A DNA stretch of 64,000 nt. Source: a bacterium (lineage in GTDB: Bacteria > Patescibacteriota > Microgenomatia > Levybacterales > UBA12049). Made by a program: the position numbers and the translations under genes. This document shows, piece by piece, positions 59,380 to 64,000 of the stretch (position 1 is the stretch's first letter; the number at the start of each line of letters is the position of its first letter). The DNA is taken from contig JAKALN010000001.1 in the NCBI GenBank assembly GCA_021824155.1, forward strand, positions 15-64,014. Direction: 5' to 3'. Below the pieces are notes generated by a model that did not search any database, was not told the origin of the DNA, and saw nothing but the letters and a program-made list of their open reading frames with translations.

Positions 59380-60654
59380 ATGGAAGAAAAAAATCTCGCC
59401 CTAAACGCCATAAGAAAAAAACTTGTCGGAAAAAGACTTACATATAAAGAAATATACGCGATAATGGACCAGATTTCGGAAGAGAAACTCGGGGACGTTT
59501 TAACCACATATTTTGCCGCGTCGGGTTACTCCAAGGGTTTTACAAACCAGGAACTTTTTTATCTTACAAAAGCAATGGTGGAAACAGGGGAAAGGCTCCA
59601 TTTTAAAGGAATAGTCGCTGATAAACATTCAATAGGAGGGGTCCCCGGAACCAGGACAACGCCTATTGTTGTTTCCATTGTAGCAACAGCCGGTTTTAAA
59701 ATTCCCAAAAGCAGCAGCAGGGCAATAACAACACCCGACGGAACAGCGGACGATATGGAGATATTGGCCCCCGTTAATTTGTCTAAAGACCAGATTTATA
59801 AAGTTGTGGAAAAAACAAACGGGTGCGTTGTATGGGGAGGAAGTTTTAACATTGCGCCGGCGGACGACATTATGATACAGGTTGAAAAACCTCTTCTTTT
59901 TGAAAGCTACGATAAAATATTAGTCTCCATAATGGCCAAAAAGATTGCGTTTGGGTCAAACCACGTTGTAATTGACCTGCCTTACGGGGAAATGGTAAAA
60001 GTACATTCGATAAAAGACGCCGAAGTTTTAAAGGAAAAATTTATGTTCCTTGCCCGGGAATTTAAAGTAAAAATCAAAGTTTTAATACACAAAACAGACG
60101 AGCCGGCCGGAAGAGGCATAGGCCCTGTTTTGGAAATGAGGGAGTCTTTAAGGGTATTGCAGCAAAAAGAAGACAGGCCGCTTGATTTGGAAATCAGAAG
60201 CATAAACCTGGCGGGAACTCTTTTGGATATATGCATTAAAGATTCCCCCAAAAAATTACAGGAAGAAATTAAAAAAAATTATGGGAATTCCTTCGGCCTT
60301 GCAACCCATATTTTAAAAAGCGGAAAAGCATTTGATAAGTTCAAAGACATTGTAAAAGCCCAGGGAGGAGATCCCGATTTAGACAGCGAAAAATTAAAAC
60401 CGGGAAAATATTCCTACGAAGTAAAGGCCGATAAAAAAGGAGAAATAAAAAATCTAAACAGCAAAAATATAACAATAATCGCAAGAATTTTAGGCGCTCC
60501 CGGACAAAAAGGCGCGGGAATATATTTAAACAGGAAATTAAAAGACAAAGTGGAAAAAGGAGACGTGCTATATACACTTTTTAGCGAAAATGTGTATAAT
60601 TTAAAGGAAGGAAAGGATTCTTTAAAAAACTTTCCCGCAATGCTATACCAATGA
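59380..60654 (+). CDS. AMP phosphorylase / thymidine phosphorylase family protein (archaeal-type motifs)
   Basis: DKHSIGGVPG, IPKSSSRAIT.P.GTAD.ME, SIMAKK, G.GIGP.LE, AQGG. Confidence 0.88.
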   Translation: MEEKNLALNAIRKKLVGKRLTYKEIYAIMDQISEEKLGDVLTTYFAASGYSKGFTNQELFYLTKAMVETGERLHFKGIVADKHSIGGVPGTRTTPIVVSIVATAGFKIPKSSSRAITTPDGTADDMEILAPVNLSKDQIYKVVEKTNGCVVWGGSFNIAPADDIMIQVEKPLLFESYDKILVSIMAKKIAFGSNHVVIDLPYGEMVKVHSIKDAEVLKEKFMFLAREFKVKIKVLIHKTDEPAGRGIGPVLEMRESLRVLQQKEDRPLDLEIRSINLAGTLLDICIKDSPKKLQEEIKKNYGNSFGLATHILKSGKAFDKFKDIVKAQGGDPDLDSEKLKPGKYSYEVKADKKGEIKNLNSKNITIIARILGAPGQKGAGIYLNRKLKDKVEKGDVLYTLFSENVYNLKEGKDSLKNFPAMLYQ

Positions 60655-61607
60655 AAAAATTAAGCGTTGTACTTATTCTATTATTTATTATTCTGGCGGG
60701 GCTTTTTTTATGGTGGAACAGGGGTCTGTCCGCGGCAAACCCCGGCGATAAAACACCGGTAATATTTGCTGTAAATAAAGGAGAAGGAGTAAGAGAAATC
60801 GCAAACCGTTTAAAATCCGAAGGGTTAATAAAAGACCCGATTGTATTTTTCCTTTATACAAGAATAAACGGTTTGGATAAACAAATTCAGGCCGGAGATT
60901 TCCGGATTAACCCCTCTATGTCCGCATCCGAACTTGCGTCAAATTTAACGCACGGAACTTTAGATATTTGGGTAACGGTACCCGAAGGGTTAAGGGCCGA
61001 AGAAATTGCGGATATTTTAAAAAGTAAATTGCCAAACTACAATGATTCATGGAGGCAGTCTCTTGACCAAAACGAAGGATACCTTTTCCCGGACACTTAT
61101 TTAATACCAAGAGACGCCGATGTAAATACGGTTATTACCCTTATGAGGAATAATTTCCAGAAAAAATACGACAGCGTAAAAAATACAAAAACAACCAATT
61201 TAACCGATGCCCAAACAATAATTCTTGCATCGATAATAGAAAAAGAAACAAAGTTCCCGCAGGACCGGCCATTAGTTGCATCTGTATTTGTAAACAGACT
61301 AAATATCGGAATGGCTTTAGGCTCCGACCCGACCGTAATGTACGCCTTAGGTTACCAGGCAGATACCAAAACATGGTGGAAAAAAGATTTAACCGTTGAC
61401 GACTTAAACATAGATTCTTTGTACAACACAAGAAAAAATGCAGGGCTTCCTCCCGGTCCGATAGCAAACCCGGGGCTTTCCGCAATTGAGGCGGCACTTA
61501 ATCCGGCAAAAACGGATTACTTATATTTCTTTGCGGATAAACAGGGACATTTGCATTTTGCAACAACTCTTGAGGGACACAACGCTAATATTAAGAAATA
61601 CGAGTAA
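60651..61607 (+). CDS. mltG: endolytic transglycosylase MltG
   Basis: N-terminal TM, T.PEG, EGYLFPDTY, LASIIEKE, SDPT..Y, YNT....GLPPGPI.NPG. Confidence 0.95.
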   Translation: MKKLSVVLILLFIILAGLFLWWNRGLSAANPGDKTPVIFAVNKGEGVREIANRLKSEGLIKDPIVFFLYTRINGLDKQIQAGDFRINPSMSASELASNLTHGTLDIWVTVPEGLRAEEIADILKSKLPNYNDSWRQSLDQNEGYLFPDTYLIPRDADVNTVITLMRNNFQKKYDSVKNTKTTNLTDAQTIILASIIEKETKFPQDRPLVASVFVNRLNIGMALGSDPTVMYALGYQADTKTWWKKDLTVDDLNIDSLYNTRKNAGLPPGPIANPGLSAIEAALNPAKTDYLYFFADKQGHLHFATTLEGHNANIKKYE

Positions 61608-61625
61608 CCTTTATTAAAGCAAGAT

Positions 61626-61740
61626 TGTGCGGGGAGCTTACAAAATTTTCGCAGTGCGGATTAGCGGGATTAATTTTATGAACAGCTTTGAGTTTAGCGC
61701 GCACGCAAACAAGAAAATTTTCGCAAGCGACCTCAGCACA
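61626..61740. repeat. imperfect long hairpin between convergent genes
   Basis: TGTGC.../...GCACA ends; AAAATTTTCGCA occurs twice (61642, 61714). Confidence 0.45.
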
Positions 61741-61744
61741 CTAT

Positions 61745-62071
61745 TTAACTTCTTTTAATTTTCTTGAAGAACCTTTTCTTTGGGGAAACTTTGTCTTCTG
61801 TTTTTGGCTGGCCGTTTGAGGTTTCTTTTTTTTCTTCTACTGTTTCGGGGATTTCTTCGCCCTCTTCTTCCATTTCTTCTTCCACTTCGTCAAGAGCTTC
61901 TTCCGGATTTTCCAAACCCATTTCATCAAGATAACTTGTTAAGCCTTCGAGTCCCTCTTCCGACATTGTTTTAAGGATTTTTTTACCCGTTTTTGTCCCT
62001 AAAAGAAAAACAAGCCCTCCTCCTATAATAAGGCCCAAAAAAAATCCGTTCGAAAATCTGCTTTCGCTCAT
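61745..62071 (-). CDS. YtxH-domain-like protein
   Basis: F..G..IGG...FL..TK.GK, acidic tail. Confidence 0.7.
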   Translation of the reverse strand: MSESRFSNGFFLGLIIGGGLVFLLGTKTGKKILKTMSEEGLEGLTSYLDEMGLENPEEALDEVEEEMEEEGEEIPETVEEKKETSNGQPKTEDKVSPKKRFFKKIKRS

Positions 62072-62077
62072 ATTATT

Positions 62078-62344
62078 TTATTTTTTGCCTTTTTTATTTC
62101 CGTTTCCGAATAATTTTGCAATAGTAGCACCTGTTTTTAAACCCATTGTCAACGAAGAAAGGTTGGAAATAGGCTTGGAAACGCTTTCGGTAATAACACT
62201 TGTATCATCCAATACTTTATTTACTTTTGTAAGAGTTATTCTTAGTTCCCTTAATATGAAGAATACCTGAATTCCTAAAACAACAAGGAGTATAGTCAAA
62301 ACTATAATTACTAAAAAAAGCGCTGTCTGGGCAGGGTCTATCAT
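62078..62344 (-). CDS. small TM + coiled-coil protein (DUF948-like)
   Basis: N-terminal TM then L.ELR.TL..VN..LDD; upstream of the YtxH-like gene. Confidence 0.65.
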   Translation of the reverse strand: MIDPAQTALFLVIIVLTILLVVLGIQVFFILRELRITLTKVNKVLDDTSVITESVSKPISNLSSLTMGLKTGATIAKLFGNGNKKGKK

Positions 62345-62408
62345 AGTATAAATAAGTTATCTTAATTACCCTATTCTGTCAAGGGGCGAACTGCGTAGGG
62401 TTCACCCA

Positions 62409-63050
62409 TTATGAACCGGGTTTTACTTCGATATCGCGTTTTATTACCGTTTGTTTGCCAAACTGGTTTACGGCCCTTATGATAAGCGTAGTTTTGCCCG
62501 GAAAAACGTTAATTACTTTTGAAAACACGCCGTTGTTGTCAACCGTAACCTGATAGTTTGAAACAAAAACGGTCGCGTTTGAATCTGTTTTTCCCACAAC
62601 CGTAACTACCGAAGAAGAAATAACCGCATTTTCCAAAGGCGAAGATACAAAAAGGGACGGATTAACCAAAGCTCCCCTATACTGGAATAAAATATATCCT
62701 AAAAAAACCACAAACACAAAAATAGCCAAGAAAAATGTTTGTCTTAGCCTGAATCTTGAAAGCGGAAATTCTTTGGTTTTGGAAAACCCCGGAGGCAGGA
62801 CTTTCATTGACTTTTCTTCGTCAAATTCTCTTCTAAAAAGTGCCAGGGTTTCTGCTTCGGGCATTTGCAAAAATCTTGCATAATTTCTTACAAACCCCTG
62901 GGCGTAAGTAACTGAGGGAAGTTTGTCGTATTCCCCGTTTTCTATAGCCTCTAAAAAAGAAACTTTTATTTTTGTATTTTTTGATACGTCCTCTAAAGTC
63001 AGGCCTTTTTCAAGCCGCATCTCCTGGAATTTCTGTCCTACTTTTATCAT
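62409..63050 (-). CDS. RodZ-like HTH membrane protein with Ig-like C-terminal domain
   Basis: G..F.E.R..KGLTLEDV...TKI...L.AIE.G.Y..LP...Y..GF.RNYA..L, then TM. Confidence 0.85.
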   Translation of the reverse strand: MIKVGQKFQEMRLEKGLTLEDVSKNTKIKVSFLEAIENGEYDKLPSVTYAQGFVRNYARFLQMPEAETLALFRREFDEEKSMKVLPPGFSKTKEFPLSRFRLRQTFFLAIFVFVVFLGYILFQYRGALVNPSLFVSSPLENAVISSSVVTVVGKTDSNATVFVSNYQVTVDNNGVFSKVINVFPGKTTLIIRAVNQFGKQTVIKRDIEVKPGS

Positions 63051-63075
63051 AAAAATGAGGCTTTTTTCGGATAAA

Positions 63076-64000
63076 TTAAGAGTTTTGCTCTAAACTGCTG
63101 ATAAGTTCTTCGGCGTTTCTTACCAAAACGTCCCTTGGTTTCGAGCCCTCCGCATGACTTACGACTTGAGCCTCTTCAAGCTGGTCCAAAATGCGGGCGG
63201 CCCTTGAATAACCTATCGATAAACGTCTTTGCAAAAGTGAAGCCGAAGCCCTGTCATACTGGCAGACTATTCTTATCGCTTCGGTAAACAAATCGTCCCT
63301 TCCGTCACTGCCTGTTGAAGGCGCATTGCCTTTTTTAAGTACCAGAGGGGCGGACGTTACTTCGTCTGTGTATTGGATTTCCGGAGCTTTGGATTTAAGA
63401 TAATCAACAAGTCTCTTTACTTCTTTTTCCGAAATAAAAGCCCCCTGAATTCTGGTCGGCTTCGCCTGGTCGGGAGGAATATAAAGCATATCTCCTCTTC
63501 CCAAAAGTTTTTCCGCTCCCGGCCCGTCGATTATAACCCGGGAATCAATCATTGAAGAAACGTTAAACGCAATTCTTGTTGGAATGTTTGCTTTAATAAG
63601 ACCGGTTATAACGTCAACCGAGGGCCTTTGCGTGGAAACAACAAGATGAATTCCGGTTGCCCTTGCCATTTGCGCCAAACGGGCAATTGCGTCTTCGACT
63701 TCAACCGGAGCAAATGCCATTAAATCTGCCAATTCGTCTATAAATATGACTATATAAGGAAGGGTTTGGAAACCTGCCAGCTCGTTATATCCTTCGATAT
63801 TTCTTACTCCGTTTTCCGCAAAAATTTTATACCTTTGGTCCATCTGGTCCATTGCCCATTTTAAGGAAGCAAGAATTTTTTCGACCTCTACAATAACGGG
63901 AGTCATTAGATGCGGTATTCCGTTGTAACCGGTTAGCTCTACCCGCTTAGGATCTATTAAAATAAGCTTTAATTCATCCGGGGAGGCCCTAAACAAAAGC
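63076..64000 (-). CDS. ftsK: DNA translocase FtsK/SpoIIIE, C-terminal part (5' end beyond the window)
   Basis: LIDPKRVEL, IDELADLM, TQRPSVDVITG, GAEKLLGRGDML, gamma domain SASLLQRRL.IGY.RAAR. Confidence 0.97.
   Translation of the reverse strand, partial: LLFRASPDELKLILIDPKRVELTGYNGIPHLMTPVIVEVEKILASLKWAMDQMDQRYKIFAENGVRNIEGYNELAGFQTLPYIVIFIDELADLMAFAPVEVEDAIARLAQMARATGIHLVVSTQRPSVDVITGLIKANIPTRIAFNVSSMIDSRVIIDGPGAEKLLGRGDMLYIPPDQAKPTRIQGAFISEKEVKRLVDYLKSKAPEIQYTDEVTSAPLVLKKGNAPSTGSDGRDDLFTEAIRIVCQYDRASASLLQRRLSIGYSRAARILDQLEEAQVVSHAEGSKPRDVLVRNAEELISSLEQNS

Overview
Core chromosomal region of a low-GC Patescibacteria/CPR bacterium. It looks Microgenomates-like: rpmD (uL30) is missing between rpsE and rplO, uL2 is N-terminally shortened, AlaS is short, Shine-Dalgarno sites are rare and the genetic code is standard. 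From left to right: 3' part of RNase P RNA, AI-2E transporter, HU, rny, recX-recA, then a structured leader plus tRNA-Pro followed by a polyprenyl synthase-ispH-idi isoprenoid cluster. Next is the full rpoBC-str-S10-spc-alpha superoperon on the minus strand, interrupted by many self-promoted accessory genes. A roughly 12 kb accessory/defence region (about 42.1-54.3 kb) follows. It holds a doc-type TA pair, a small YjzC-like gene, a type IIG restriction-modification enzyme, a complete bacterial ubiquitination-like operon (Ubl-E2-JAB-E1 plus a 2-TM protein) with a divergent HTH + ImmA/IrrE peptidase pair, a four-helix-bundle gene and a Fic pair. The window ends with alaS, an FtsA-like/baseplate-J-like membrane protein, sortase, an AMP/thymidine phosphorylase, mltG, a RodZ-like gene and partial ftsK. 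The two strongest findings are: (1) a family of TTGA...TCAA-bounded heptamer-repeat palindromic elements that occur both empty and carrying the four-helix-bundle gene in their loop; (2) a ubiquitination-like operon whose E1 and E2 lack the canonical catalytic cysteines. All protein calls come from motif recognition by eye; no database searches were run.
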